Positions 52,222 to 62,095 of a stretch of DNA of 64,000 nt are shown here, in pieces; position 1 is the first letter of the stretch; each line of letters begins with the position of its first letter. The stretch lies in the NCBI GenBank assembly GCA_002409285.1, contig DHUT01000088.1, positions 11,158 to 75,157 of the forward strand, in the 5' to 3' direction. The DNA is from Firmicutes bacterium UBA5227. GTDB lineage: Bacteria > Bacillota > Clostridia > Tissierellales > Sedimentibacteraceae. Under the pieces are notes generated by a model. It saw only the letters and a program-made list of their open reading frames with translations. It did no database searches and was not told where the DNA came from. Made by a program: the position numbers and the translations under genes.

Positions 52222-54015
52222 TTATGCTAATGATGGTTCTGCATAATTATTTAAATTGTTTTTTAATGTTGTCAGTTCATCCTTTAATTCTTCCGGCAGT
52301 GTATTTCCTATTTTGCCATAGAATTCTTCAATACTTTCTATATCTTCAATCCAGGAATCTTTATCTATAGTAAGCAGCGAGTTCATCACCTCTTCCGAAA
52401 CATCCAGATCCTCTGTATTTATGTCTTCAACCTTTGGAATAAATCCTATGGGAGCTGTGTCCGCTGTTACATTGTTTTCACATCTGTTGATTATCCATTC
52501 CAACACTCTGAAGTTTTCACCATAGCCCGGCCATAAGAATTCACCGTCAGAATTTGTCCTGAACCAATTTACGTGGAATATCTTAGGCGGATTACTCATT
52601 TTCTTGCCCATTTCAATCCAATGTCCAAAATAATCACCCATGTTGTAGCCACAGAACGGAAGCATTGCCATTGGATCTCTTCTTACAACTCCAACCTTTC
52701 CGGCGGCTGCTGCAGTGGTTTCAGATGCAAGAGTCGAGCCTACAAATACACCATGCTGCCAGCTTCTTGATTGATATACCAGTGGAGCTGTCTTTGCACG
52801 TCTACCTCCGAATATTATTGCAGAAATAGGAACTCCCTCCGGTGCTTCCCACTCTTTTGATATGCATGGGCAGTTTTTAGCAGGAGCTGTAAATCTGGAA
52901 TTAGGATGTGCTCCCTTTTCCTTTGATGTTTTTCCGTTCCACGGATTTCCCTGCCAATCAAGAGCATGTTCAGGAGGATTGTCATCAAATTTTTCCCACC
53001 AAATGGTATCATCATCCAAATTATATGCCACATTAGTAAATATGGTATCCTTCTTTGTAGACATCATAGCGTTATAATTTGATTGTAAATTTGTTCCCGG
53101 AGCAACTCCAAAGAACCCTGCCTCTGGATTAATAGCCCAAAGCCTTCCGTCTTCTTTTATCTTAAGCCATGCGATGTCATCGCCAACTGTCCATACCTTG
53201 TAGCCTTTTTTCGTGTATATTTCAGGAGGTATAAGCATGGCAAGATTTGTTTTTCCGCAAGCTGACGGGAAAGCAGCTGCCATATATTTTACTTCTCCCT
53301 TTGGATTTTCTATTCCAAGTATGAGCATGTGTTCTGCCATCCATCCTTCTTTCCAGCCCTGGTAAGAAGCAATACGAAGTGCAAAGCATTTTTTCCCAAG
53401 CAACACATTTCCGCCGTATGCAGAATTACATGACCAGATTGTATTATCTTCAGGGAAGTGGAATATATATCTTTTATCAATATCAAGGGTACATTTTCCG
53501 TGTAGTCCTCTTACAAAATCGTTAGAATCACCAAGTACGTCCAGAACTTTTTTACCTATTCTTGTCATAATGCTCATGTTTACGACTACATATATAGAAT
53601 CTGTAACTTCAATACCAATTTTTGAAAATGGAGAGCCTACAGGACCCATAGAATACGGTATAATGTACATGGTTCTTCCGTTCATTGAATTATCAAATAT
53701 TTCTCTACCTAATTCATAAGCTTCTTCGGGACTCTTCCAATTGTTAGTCGGTCCAGCATTTTCTTTATTTTTTGAACAGATATACGTCTTGTCCTCCATA
53801 CGAGCAACATCATCTTTTCGTGAGCGATGATAATAGCAACCCGGATATTTTTCCTGATTTAACTTTTTAAATTCACCCGTTTTGCATGCTTCATCTTTAA
53901 GCATTTTCAATTGTTCTTCGCTTCCGTCAATCCACATTACTTTTGAAGGTTTAGTTATGGATACTACTTCGTCTATCCATTTTAAAACATTTAAATTTGA
54001 AGTTAAGCTTTGCAT
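52222..54015 (-). CDS. pckG: Phosphoenolpyruvate carboxykinase, GTP-dependent
   Basis: YGGNVLLGKKCFALR, WMAEHM, AFPSACGKTNLAM, VGDDIAW, HPNSRF, FGGRR, DPMAMLPF. Confidence 0.97.
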   Translation of the reverse strand: MQSLTSNLNVLKWIDEVVSITKPSKVMWIDGSEEQLKMLKDEACKTGEFKKLNQEKYPGCYYHRSRKDDVARMEDKTYICSKNKENAGPTNNWKSPEEAYELGREIFDNSMNGRTMYIIPYSMGPVGSPFSKIGIEVTDSIYVVVNMSIMTRIGKKVLDVLGDSNDFVRGLHGKCTLDIDKRYIFHFPEDNTIWSCNSAYGGNVLLGKKCFALRIASYQGWKEGWMAEHMLILGIENPKGEVKYMAAAFPSACGKTNLAMLIPPEIYTKKGYKVWTVGDDIAWLKIKEDGRLWAINPEAGFFGVAPGTNLQSNYNAMMSTKKDTIFTNVAYNLDDDTIWWEKFDDNPPEHALDWQGNPWNGKTSKEKGAHPNSRFTAPAKNCPCISKEWEAPEGVPISAIIFGGRRAKTAPLVYQSRSWQHGVFVGSTLASETTAAAAGKVGVVRRDPMAMLPFCGYNMGDYFGHWIEMGKKMSNPPKIFHVNWFRTNSDGEFLWPGYGENFRVLEWIINRCENNVTADTAPIGFIPKVEDINTEDLDVSEEVMNSLLTIDKDSWIEDIESIEEFYGKIGNTLPEELKDELTTLKNNLNNYAEPSLA

Positions 54016-54304
54016 TTTACACTCCTATAAATTAATTATGTTATACTATATATTTATTTTTTAAATATGTGTTATGATATTGATTTTTCAAATTTATTAT
54101 ATCTTGTCTTAATATTACTTTCAATATCCAAAAAAACTTTCGTTTTATTTAAGCTTTTCTCTGTATTTACCTAAATATTTTAAGAGTATTCTCCATAAAC
54201 CTAACATATTTAATTTGTTAAATAATTGCAAAATGATATGCTAAACCCTCACATCAGACAAAAGTATTAAGTAAATGTTATACTGATAAAAATCACCATC
54301 TCCT

Positions 54305-55672
54305 TTAAGTGTAATTTTTATGCCTTTGTTTTCCAAACAATATATATGAGACTGCCATATTTATCAGCGGACATATATAACACAACACTGCATAGGGTGC
54401 ATATTGTATTGCCGTAATGCCCATGATTGGTTTTATTAAAAGTGCGTTTACATTCCAAGGCATAAGAGGTGCCACAATTACTCCCGTATCTGAAATTGTC
54501 CTTGCCAATACAGTTTCATCCATACCCATCTCCTTATACTTTTCATTCAGAATTTTTGCCGGAACTATTATGCCGGAAGTCTGATCGCAGGTAGCAACAG
54601 TGAGGAGTATACTCATAAGTCCCGTTCGCCTTATTAGAGTCATTTTAGAATTAATTCCATTAATTAGTTTTCCTATTACCGGCATAAGTATATTACCCTT
54701 TTCAAACAGCTGTATCAATGCATAGGCAGCAACTACCATACAAATTGTCTCAACCATTGAAATCATGCCTCCGCTTACCAAAAGCCTGTTAAGTTCCGGT
54801 GAAGGAGTATTACCATGATACCCAAACACTAATGAGGTTAAAACTTCTTTTACTGTAGCTCTCTGAAAAACAATGCTGAGCACGGAGCCAACACCAATGC
54901 CTATTGAAAAAGTTATTATTGAATTCAGCCCTGCAATGGAAAGCCCCAGTACGATAACGGGTAGTATCAACAAAAAAGGAGAGACATTAAAGCCTGATGC
55001 TATTGCATCCTTATACAATAAAAGTTTGCTGTAATCTCCGGACGTATATTTTAAACCAATTAAATAGTAAATAACTGCTGTTATAATTATTGTAGGTATT
55101 AGTGTTACAACTAAGCTTTTAAAAATTTCCTTGTAGCTTTTGTTTGTTGCTTTCATCAATAGATTTACAAGTCCAGACAGCGGAGATATTTTATCTGCTA
55201 TAAATGCACCCGAAACCAGCATTCCAATAATCACGTTCTGAGGTATACCCAGCCCCATTCCTATACCGCTCAAAGAAATACCTACGGTACTCATAGTACC
55301 CGCTGCTGTTCCCATGAATAATGAAATTAGTGACATTATTAAAAACGAGGCAAACAAAAAATTGACACCCTCCATATATGTAAACCCATAATGCATTATT
55401 GTCGGCACAACACCTGAAGAAAGCCATATAGATGTTGTTGCACCTATAAACAATATAACTACAATAAGGTTCTTTATTTCAAGTATCGAGTTTAATATTG
55501 TCTTTAACAAATCCGACAGACTATATCCGCTTTTAATCAATACTGCCAAAGTAAAAACTATTCCCATGACAAATCCGATAAATAAGGGAATTGACAACAC
55601 TAATGAAAAAAATATAAATCCCAGGCTGATTAACATTATTGCCATAGGATTAAGAGCTAACCTTTTATCCAC
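54305..55672 (-). CDS. NhaC-family Na+/H+ antiporter-like transporter
   Basis: GTAAGT, SGAFIADKISPLS, RTISDTG, PLMPWN. Confidence 0.85.
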   Translation of the reverse strand: MDKRLALNPMAIMLISLGFIFFSLVLSIPLFIGFVMGIVFTLAVLIKSGYSLSDLLKTILNSILEIKNLIVVILFIGATTSIWLSSGVVPTIMHYGFTYMEGVNFLFASFLIMSLISLFMGTAAGTMSTVGISLSGIGMGLGIPQNVIIGMLVSGAFIADKISPLSGLVNLLMKATNKSYKEIFKSLVVTLIPTIIITAVIYYLIGLKYTSGDYSKLLLYKDAIASGFNVSPFLLILPVIVLGLSIAGLNSIITFSIGIGVGSVLSIVFQRATVKEVLTSLVFGYHGNTPSPELNRLLVSGGMISMVETICMVVAAYALIQLFEKGNILMPVIGKLINGINSKMTLIRRTGLMSILLTVATCDQTSGIIVPAKILNEKYKEMGMDETVLARTISDTGVIVAPLMPWNVNALLIKPIMGITAIQYAPYAVLCYICPLINMAVSYILFGKQRHKNYT

Positions 55673-55949
55673 ATTACACCTCTGCTAAAAAATTAAGTAA
55701 TAAATTATTGGCAGAAACACTGCCGAAAGCATATTGTTTGTCTTTACGTGTTTGATATCCCACTGCTTCATTGCAATACACTTTTGTTAATATATATTAA
55801 CATCTACCATAAAGGAATGCAAATATTTTATTATAACCTTTATAGCTTATTAACTGCCCTGTATCTCTTAGAATCAAATAAAAAAGTTATTCAGCTCCTT
55901 TATTATCCTCGAACTGAATAACCTTGCAATATTTATAATACTATCTTTA

Positions 55950-56849
55950 TCAATGTGACATTGAATAGTTTTCTATATTTTGTATCACTTTTTTACCTAA
56001 CCGCTTTGTACTCTGTACAGTGGTTCCTGCTGTTTTATTTACGCATGATACATTGGGAAGCGAAATTATTTCACCGGACTCATCTCCCGATCCTATGATG
56101 GTATCGCAAAGAAAATAGTTGCTCTTATCAGCAAGCCAGTTTTTCAGTGCATTAACATCATGACTTGGTCCTATAGATGTATTTACAAGTATTTTACCAT
56201 TGCCGAAAATTTCAAATTCCCTCTGATTGAGAAGAACTACATTTTTGTTAAGACATGTACAGAGAATATCAGCCTTTTTCAGCAATTCCTCCATCTCAAG
56301 ATATTTAAAGCCCCTGTTTTCCTGCTCCGGTTTACGGGTACGGCTGTAATAATACACATCCGCACCAAAAAAACGAAGTGCGTTTCCAACAATTAAACCT
56401 GTTGCCCCAAGACCAAGTATCCCAATTTTCATATCTGTAAGCTCTACAGATTTATCTTTCCATTGACTGTTTCCAAATCCGTGCAGTAAACGAACCAACT
56501 CGCTAATCACATATTCCGCAACACCTTCATCGCCATAATCCCGAACTCCGCTCACAGTGATATTTTGTTTTTCCGCAGCTGTAATGTCTACATTTGCGCT
56601 TTCTTTCGAGTACAGACTGCAGCACATCCCAATGTATTTTAAATTTTTACATGTATTAATAACCTGTGAATCTATCTTCGTGGTATAAGAAACCAAAACA
56701 GCATCTGCATTTCCTATACGTCTTATTATTTCTTCGTTATCTTCAGGGATATCCTGATATAACTTTACTTCATTGGCATAGCCTGAAAGTAAATCCTTCG
56801 ACTCCCGATCTATGTTAACAGGTTCAATTGCTACTAACCTTTGAAACAT
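55950..56849 (-). CDS. D-2-hydroxyacid-dehydrogenase-fold NAD(P)-binding protein with non-canonical active site
   Basis: GILGLGATG Rossmann motif, RIGNADAVLV; NTSIG instead of NxxRG and NKTAG instead of PHxA. Confidence 0.75.
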   Translation of the reverse strand: MFQRLVAIEPVNIDRESKDLLSGYANEVKLYQDIPEDNEEIIRRIGNADAVLVSYTTKIDSQVINTCKNLKYIGMCCSLYSKESANVDITAAEKQNITVSGVRDYGDEGVAEYVISELVRLLHGFGNSQWKDKSVELTDMKIGILGLGATGLIVGNALRFFGADVYYYSRTRKPEQENRGFKYLEMEELLKKADILCTCLNKNVVLLNQREFEIFGNGKILVNTSIGPSHDVNALKNWLADKSNYFLCDTIIGSGDESGEIISLPNVSCVNKTAGTTVQSTKRLGKKVIQNIENYSMSH

Positions 56850-57736
56850 TAATTATTGTCCTCCTTTGTAATAAAGTAATTCTCCATAAATTTTTTAATC
56901 TCCAACGAAGCCTTATATGCCTCATTTTTAGATGCTGCTCCTTCTTCTACAGCCTCATTGACAGCTTCCTTTAAAGAATAATCTTTGTGAATTAATTTGT
57001 CAAATAAGATTCCATGGATACTTACATTTAATGTGTTCTGTTCCTTTTCTTCATAGTCGTTGTTGTAGCCTACAATTACATATTCGCCTCTTTCTGTGTC
57101 ATCACTACTGTTCAACTGCTGAAGAACGGAATCAACGCTTCCGTAAAATGAGTTTTCATGAAGCTTTGTTAATTCCTTGCATACACATACGGTTGCATTT
57201 GGCATGTGTTCTTTCAGACTTTCCATAAGATTGATTATTCGTTTTGGAGATTCATAAAGTACAAATGTTTTTATAGTATTGTCCTTTATTCTTTTCAATG
57301 CATTATCAAGCTCGCTTTTCTTTCTTGGCAAAAATCCGTAAAAAGCAAACTCCCGTGTATCTATTCCTGCAACGGAGAGAGCAATTATAACCGCTGAAGC
57401 TCCCGCCAGTCCTATTACCTCGATTCCTGCTTCTCTTGCGCTTTTCACAAGCTCATATCCGGGATCTGAAATGCATGGAGTTCCTGCATCTGTTACCAGT
57501 GCCACAGTTTTGTTTTCAGAAAGAATTTCATCTACAATTTCCGGACTTCTTTCCTTTTCATTAAATTTATGGTATGAAATCATATGTTTTTTTATATCAA
57601 AAAAGTTTAATAGCTTTTGAGTGTGTCTTGTATCTTCTGCCAATATATAATCACACTCTTTAAGGGTTTCTATTGCCCTTTGAGTCATGTCACTTAAATT
57701 GCCTATGGGTGTAGGCACTATGTATAATTTACTCAT
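56849..57736 (-). CDS. rsmI: 16S rRNA (cytidine-1402-2'-O)-methyltransferase
   Basis: Start set at 57736: LYIVPTPIGNL, AEDTR, DAGTPCISDPG, YESPKR, ELTKLHE, RGE. Confidence 0.96.
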   Translation of the reverse strand: MSKLYIVPTPIGNLSDMTQRAIETLKECDYILAEDTRHTQKLLNFFDIKKHMISYHKFNEKERSPEIVDEILSENKTVALVTDAGTPCISDPGYELVKSAREAGIEVIGLAGASAVIIALSVAGIDTREFAFYGFLPRKKSELDNALKRIKDNTIKTFVLYESPKRIINLMESLKEHMPNATVCVCKELTKLHENSFYGSVDSVLQQLNSSDDTERGEYVIVGYNNDYEEKEQNTLNVSIHGILFDKLIHKDYSLKEAVNEAVEEGAASKNEAYKASLEIKKFMENYFITKEDNN

Positions 57737-59906
57737 TAGTTTCTCCTGTTGTTTCCAGCCTGCAAAGGGCAAATTTAATTTCTCCGTATGTTATTTCCGG
57801 AGGCAGCGCCTCCTTTACAGGTTTAAGCTTATCCCCGCCGATTTTCTTATATGTACTTATAATAAGCCTTTCTTTATCTTCCGAAACAAAATCCCTGTAG
57901 TTTATTTCATAGCCTAATTTTGCGCAGTCTATCAGATGATTCTCTACCGTAACCGGTGAAAGTCCTCTTTCTTTTGCTATTTCAGCGATGTTTTTTCTTG
58001 ATCTGTACAAATTATAGCTTATTTCCCTTGTATCTTCCTTTTTAGCCCTTTCTTCAGTGCCCGTCTTTATCTCTCTTTCGCTGTATATATTTTGAGGTTT
58101 TATCTGTTTTAAATCAATATTGTTATTCTCTATATATTTTTTAATAGCCTCCATAAATTCACTGCCATATTTTTCGGCCTTAATTTCTCCCACTCCGGAT
58201 ACTTTAAGAAATTCTGCATTGTTTTGGGGGTATTTAATACACATATCCTTTAACGCTGCATCTGAAAAAACTACAAAGGGAGGAACTTTTAATTCATCGG
58301 CAATTTTCTTTCTAAGTGCCCTCAGTGTTTCAAACAGATCTTTGTTGTAATTAACCGATTTGTCAGGAGCTTCGTGTGTAGCAAAAATTTTTCTGATAGT
58401 CACCTGCTGTCTGCCCTTCAGAACTTCATGCCCCTGTCTTGATATACTGAGCACAGGATATTTGTCACCTATTACATTTATATAGCCGTCGGATATCAGG
58501 TAAGAAATCATCTCTTTTAATGTATCTTTGTCATATTCTTTCATTAAGCCGTATGTGCTTAACTTATGGAAATTTAATGATTTTATTCTTTGACCTGAGC
58601 TGCCTTTCAGTACATCTATTACCACATTGCTTCCAAAACGCTGCCCCATTCGGTAAATACAGGACAAAATTTTCTGGGTTTCTGTTGTTATATCACTGCT
58701 CTCAATATCACTGAGACAATTGCTGCAGTTATGGCAGTTTTCCGTCGTATAATTCGTATCAAAATAGCTTACCAGGTACTTCCTTAGGCATTTATCCGTG
58801 TTGCAGTAATTTACCATTTTTTTAAGTTTGTCATACTCAGTGGACTTTGTCAGCTCATCGCTAATGCTGTTTTCTATCAAAAAATTATTTATCACTATGT
58901 CCTGGGGACTGAACAATAAAATGCAGTCAGATGGTTCTCCGTCTCTTCCCGCTCTACCCGATTCCTGATAATATGATTCTACATTCTTAGGCATATTATA
59001 ATGAATGACATACCTGATGTCCAGCTTGTCTATTCCCATACCAAAAGCATTTGTAGCAACCATTATATCGGCATTGTCATAAAGAAAATCATCCTGATTT
59101 TTACTTCTTTCAGCATCACTGAGGCCTGCATGATAGCTGACGGCTTTATAGCCTGCACTTACAAGCCTTGCGCAGACCTCATCAGTCAGCTTTCTTGTAA
59201 GGCAGTAAATAATGCCTGACTTACCTTTATGTTCTTCTACATATTTCAATATGTAAGGGGATTTTTTATTTATTCTTACCACTTCAAACTTTAAATTTTC
59301 TCTGTCAAAGCCAGTAATAATTTCATAGTGATCACTTAACCCTATTAGATCTATTATATCATGTTTAACTTCAGGTGTTGCTGTTGCTGTAAATGCTGAA
59401 ACAACGGGATTATCTTCTGAAATATCTCTCAGGTTCCTGACTTTTAAATAGCTTGGTCTGAAATCATGACCCCACTGGGAAACGCAGTGGGCTTCATCAA
59501 CAGCTATCATGGAAATCTTAATGTTTTTTAGCATCTCCATAAAGCTTTCAGATTCTAACCGTTCCGGTGCAATATACAACAGCTTGTACTTGTTATTTTC
59601 AGCTTCGTATATGATCCGATTCAGTTTACCCATGGGCAATGAACTGTTAATAAACGCAGAAGACATGCCCATTTGCTGCAATGTATCCACCTGATCCTTC
59701 ATAAGGGATATAAGTGGTGAAATAACTATGGTGGTTCCCTCCATAAGCATGGCAGGTATCTGGTAGCACAGGGATTTTCCCCCGCCTGTAGGCATTATAG
59801 CCATCACATCCTTATGGGACAAAATATTCTCAATTATTTCCCTCTGTCCCTCCCTGAAGGAATCATATCCATAATACTTTTTTAATAATTCTACAGCTTT
59901 ATCCAT
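57729..59906 (-). CDS. recQ: ATP-dependent DNA helicase RecQ
   Basis: PTGGGKS, VDEAHCVSQWGHDFRP, QESGRAGRDG, Zn-binding cysteines, RQC and HRDC regions. Confidence 0.97.
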   Translation of the reverse strand: MDKAVELLKKYYGYDSFREGQREIIENILSHKDVMAIMPTGGGKSLCYQIPAMLMEGTTIVISPLISLMKDQVDTLQQMGMSSAFINSSLPMGKLNRIIYEAENNKYKLLYIAPERLESESFMEMLKNIKISMIAVDEAHCVSQWGHDFRPSYLKVRNLRDISEDNPVVSAFTATATPEVKHDIIDLIGLSDHYEIITGFDRENLKFEVVRINKKSPYILKYVEEHKGKSGIIYCLTRKLTDEVCARLVSAGYKAVSYHAGLSDAERSKNQDDFLYDNADIMVATNAFGMGIDKLDIRYVIHYNMPKNVESYYQESGRAGRDGEPSDCILLFSPQDIVINNFLIENSISDELTKSTEYDKLKKMVNYCNTDKCLRKYLVSYFDTNYTTENCHNCSNCLSDIESSDITTETQKILSCIYRMGQRFGSNVVIDVLKGSSGQRIKSLNFHKLSTYGLMKEYDKDTLKEMISYLISDGYINVIGDKYPVLSISRQGHEVLKGRQQVTIRKIFATHEAPDKSVNYNKDLFETLRALRKKIADELKVPPFVVFSDAALKDMCIKYPQNNAEFLKVSGVGEIKAEKYGSEFMEAIKKYIENNNIDLKQIKPQNIYSEREIKTGTEERAKKEDTREISYNLYRSRKNIAEIAKERGLSPVTVENHLIDCAKLGYEINYRDFVSEDKERLIISTYKKIGGDKLKPVKEALPPEITYGEIKFALCRLETTGETNE

Positions 59907-59916
59907 AATTCACACC

Positions 59917-59958
59917 TTACCTGTTTTCAACTTTTGTGCTACACCTAATCTTCAGCAT
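59917..59958 (-). pseudogene. Truncated YafQ-like toxin start (MLKIRCSTKVENR*)
   Basis: ATG overlaps the end of the dinJ-like gene by 14 nt, as in coupled TA pairs; the first residues resemble YafQ N-termini, then the frame stops just before the recQ start. Confidence 0.55.
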
Positions 59959-60217
59959 TTAAGTCATCCATAAGTTCTTTAACACTGTTAAAAGGTTCTT
60001 TTAAATTGCGTCCCAATCTTGCATCTTTCATTGCAGCAATCGTTTCAGCGTTCGGAGTATCCAGCCGCATATCGAACGGTATGCCATTTGAACGGACAGC
60101 TTGACGCAAAAAAACAGTAAGTGCAGTAGACATATTTAGTCCCAGTTCATTAAAAATTTCTTCCGCCTGCTTTTTCAATTCAGCGTCTATTCTAATGTTT
60201 AAATTTGTGGTTGCCAT
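59945..60217 (-). CDS. RelB/DinJ-family antitoxin (orphan)
   Basis: NLNIRID, LGLNMSTALTVFL, GIPF, PNAETIAAM. Confidence 0.92.
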   Translation of the reverse strand: MATTNLNIRIDAELKKQAEEIFNELGLNMSTALTVFLRQAVRSNGIPFDMRLDTPNAETIAAMKDARLGRNLKEPFNSVKELMDDLNAED

Positions 60218-60413
60218 AATTTATCAACTCCTTCGCATAGTAGTATATACCATAATTCTAAAAACATCAACACAATTTAACATATTTTTTATACGACGTC
60301 ATTACAAAAACCTACAAAACACTTTGGTTGTAAGTTTTGTGTACGCTTGCTGTTTGAGAGTAGATATGGTAAAATGAATATTATTAAAAAAAGGAAGATA
60401 TCCGGAGGCACAA

Positions 60414-61052
60414 ATGAATTTTATGAATGAAGCAATCAAAATATCCAGACCGGTTTGGCAGAAATCCATGAATTTACCCTTCATTCAGGAGCTAAAGACA
60501 GGTAAGTTATCTAAAGACAGATTTAACCTTTATCTTGAACAGGATAATATCTATCTTTTGTATTATGTTAAACTGTGTGGTAAAGCAATTTATAATTCTA
60601 AAGGTAATGAGGAAATCAGCCTGTATTTATCTTTAATATCATTTGCTTTTGATACTGAAATAGGCACAAGAACGGAAAATCTGGACAAAAAAAATTCAGT
60701 GAATGTATTGTTGGAAAACCAAAGATATATTGATTTTATCATGAGCTTCAGCAATGATTACAACAATGACCGAATTCTCTTAGTATTACTCCACTGTATG
60801 CTAAGCTATCAATATGTTTTTACTATGATTGCAAAAGATAATGTGGTAAAAAATTCAGAATATTACTTTTTTATTAAAGATTATTTAAGTGATGACTACA
60901 GGGATGCCTGTAACAGATGGACTGAATTTGCAAATAAAAAATACAGCAGCTTATCAGAAAGTAAAAAAATAGAACTTATTGATATTTTCAAAAAGGCAAG
61001 TCTTCTGGAATATGACTTCTGGAATATGGCCTATGAGGGAATAAACAGATAA
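60414..61052 (+). CDS. tenA: Thiaminase II / TenA-family protein
   Basis: PFIQEL, YLEQD..YL, Cys retained in LLHCM.SY, EYDFWNMAY. Confidence 0.85.
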   Translation: MNFMNEAIKISRPVWQKSMNLPFIQELKTGKLSKDRFNLYLEQDNIYLLYYVKLCGKAIYNSKGNEEISLYLSLISFAFDTEIGTRTENLDKKNSVNVLLENQRYIDFIMSFSNDYNNDRILLVLLHCMLSYQYVFTMIAKDNVVKNSEYYFFIKDYLSDDYRDACNRWTEFANKKYSSLSESKKIELIDIFKKASLLEYDFWNMAYEGINR

Positions 61053-61077
61053 ACTGCCCTGATAATGTATTTTTTGA

Positions 61078-61106
61078 TTGACAACATATTTTTCATGTGA
61101 TACATT
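61078..61106 (+). promoter_or_regulatory. SigA promoter upstream of the TPP riboswitch
   Basis: TTGACA-N17-TACATT. Confidence 0.7.
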
Positions 61107-61116
61107 AATTAAAAAT

Positions 61117-61204
61117 AAGCAGGGGAGCTTGTAAATCAGGCTGAGAGGAAATGATGCTATTTCGACCCTTTAACCTGATGCGGATAATGCCGACGTAGGA
61201 AAAT
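61117..61204 (+). ncRNA. TPP riboswitch
   Basis: GGGGAG...GGCTGAGAGG...GACCCTTTAACCTGATGCGGATAATGCCGACGTAGGAA; downstream hairpin agggacac/gtgtctct followed by T-rich sequence. Confidence 0.93.
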
Positions 61205-61282
61205 CATAATTGATTTTTTTAGGGACACTGACTCAGGTGTCTCTTGTTTTATTTAAAACTTAAAAAAAGAGAGGATATAAAA

Positions 61283-61993
61283 ATGAATTCGAGTATGTTT
61301 GACGGATATGCTGATCACTATGATAAATGGTTTATGGCAAATGATAAGGTGTTCTTAAGTGAATTAAAGTTACTTCATCACTGCTTAGAACCATTAAAGA
61401 AAGATAAAATTTTGTCTGTAGGCTGTGGAAGCGGTTTGTTTGAAAGTGTTTTAAATAAAGAGTATGGAATAAACAATATCTATGGTCTGGAACCATCTCA
61501 GGACATGGCAAAAATTGCAGTCAAAAGAGGAATTGATGTGAAACCCGGTAATGCTGAAACAGGTGAATTACCTTCTGAAGAATATGATATTATTTACTTT
61601 AATGGCTGTTCAACTTATATTCCTGATTTAAAAAAGGCATATGAAAATTGTTATTCAGCACTAAAAAAGGGAGGTCATTTCATTCTGCTGGATGTACCCA
61701 AAGAAAGTGCTTACGGAATTTTATACAGCTTTGCAAAACATGTGGGCAATTATGACAAAGATATTTTTGATAAAATAGCACCTGAATTACCATATCCTAT
61801 TGAACTGGTTACATCAGGAATATTTTATACTACCTTAGATAAGGCAAAAATCATCAAAGAATATTTGAATATGACGAATATTAAATTTTACCAGACGTTA
61901 ACCGGCAGCCCTGTCTACACCAACGATGCTGTTGAAGAACCAATTTCAGGATATGATAAGGGGGGATACGTAGCTATTGTTGCTCAAAAATAA
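61283..61993 (+). CDS. Class I SAM-dependent methyltransferase under TPP control
   Basis: Start set at ATG 61283 after AGAGGA; ILSVGCGSG motif I, LEPSQDM, LKKGG. Confidence 0.85.
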   Translation: MNSSMFDGYADHYDKWFMANDKVFLSELKLLHHCLEPLKKDKILSVGCGSGLFESVLNKEYGINNIYGLEPSQDMAKIAVKRGIDVKPGNAETGELPSEEYDIIYFNGCSTYIPDLKKAYENCYSALKKGGHFILLDVPKESAYGILYSFAKHVGNYDKDIFDKIAPELPYPIELVTSGIFYTTLDKAKIIKEYLNMTNIKFYQTLTGSPVYTNDAVEEPISGYDKGGYVAIVAQK

Positions 61994-62095
61994 AGAGGAC
62001 TAAGTATTTCAAGGAAAGTGATGCCTTTCAAGATAAAATTCAAATATAAAAATAGACTGAAAAGATTATCACATCTATTCAGTCTTATAATTCTA

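Noticed and set aside
52222-54015. GTP-type PEPCK as evidence of horizontal transfer into the island
   Set aside because: It lies outside the att-like copy and has its own terminator, and nothing in the sequence alone marks it as foreign.
60218-60413. TPP riboswitch upstream of tenA; 60-aa ORF 60302-60484
   Set aside because: No TPP core motifs are present, only an imperfect AT-rich inverted repeat. The ORF overlaps tenA antisense with no support.
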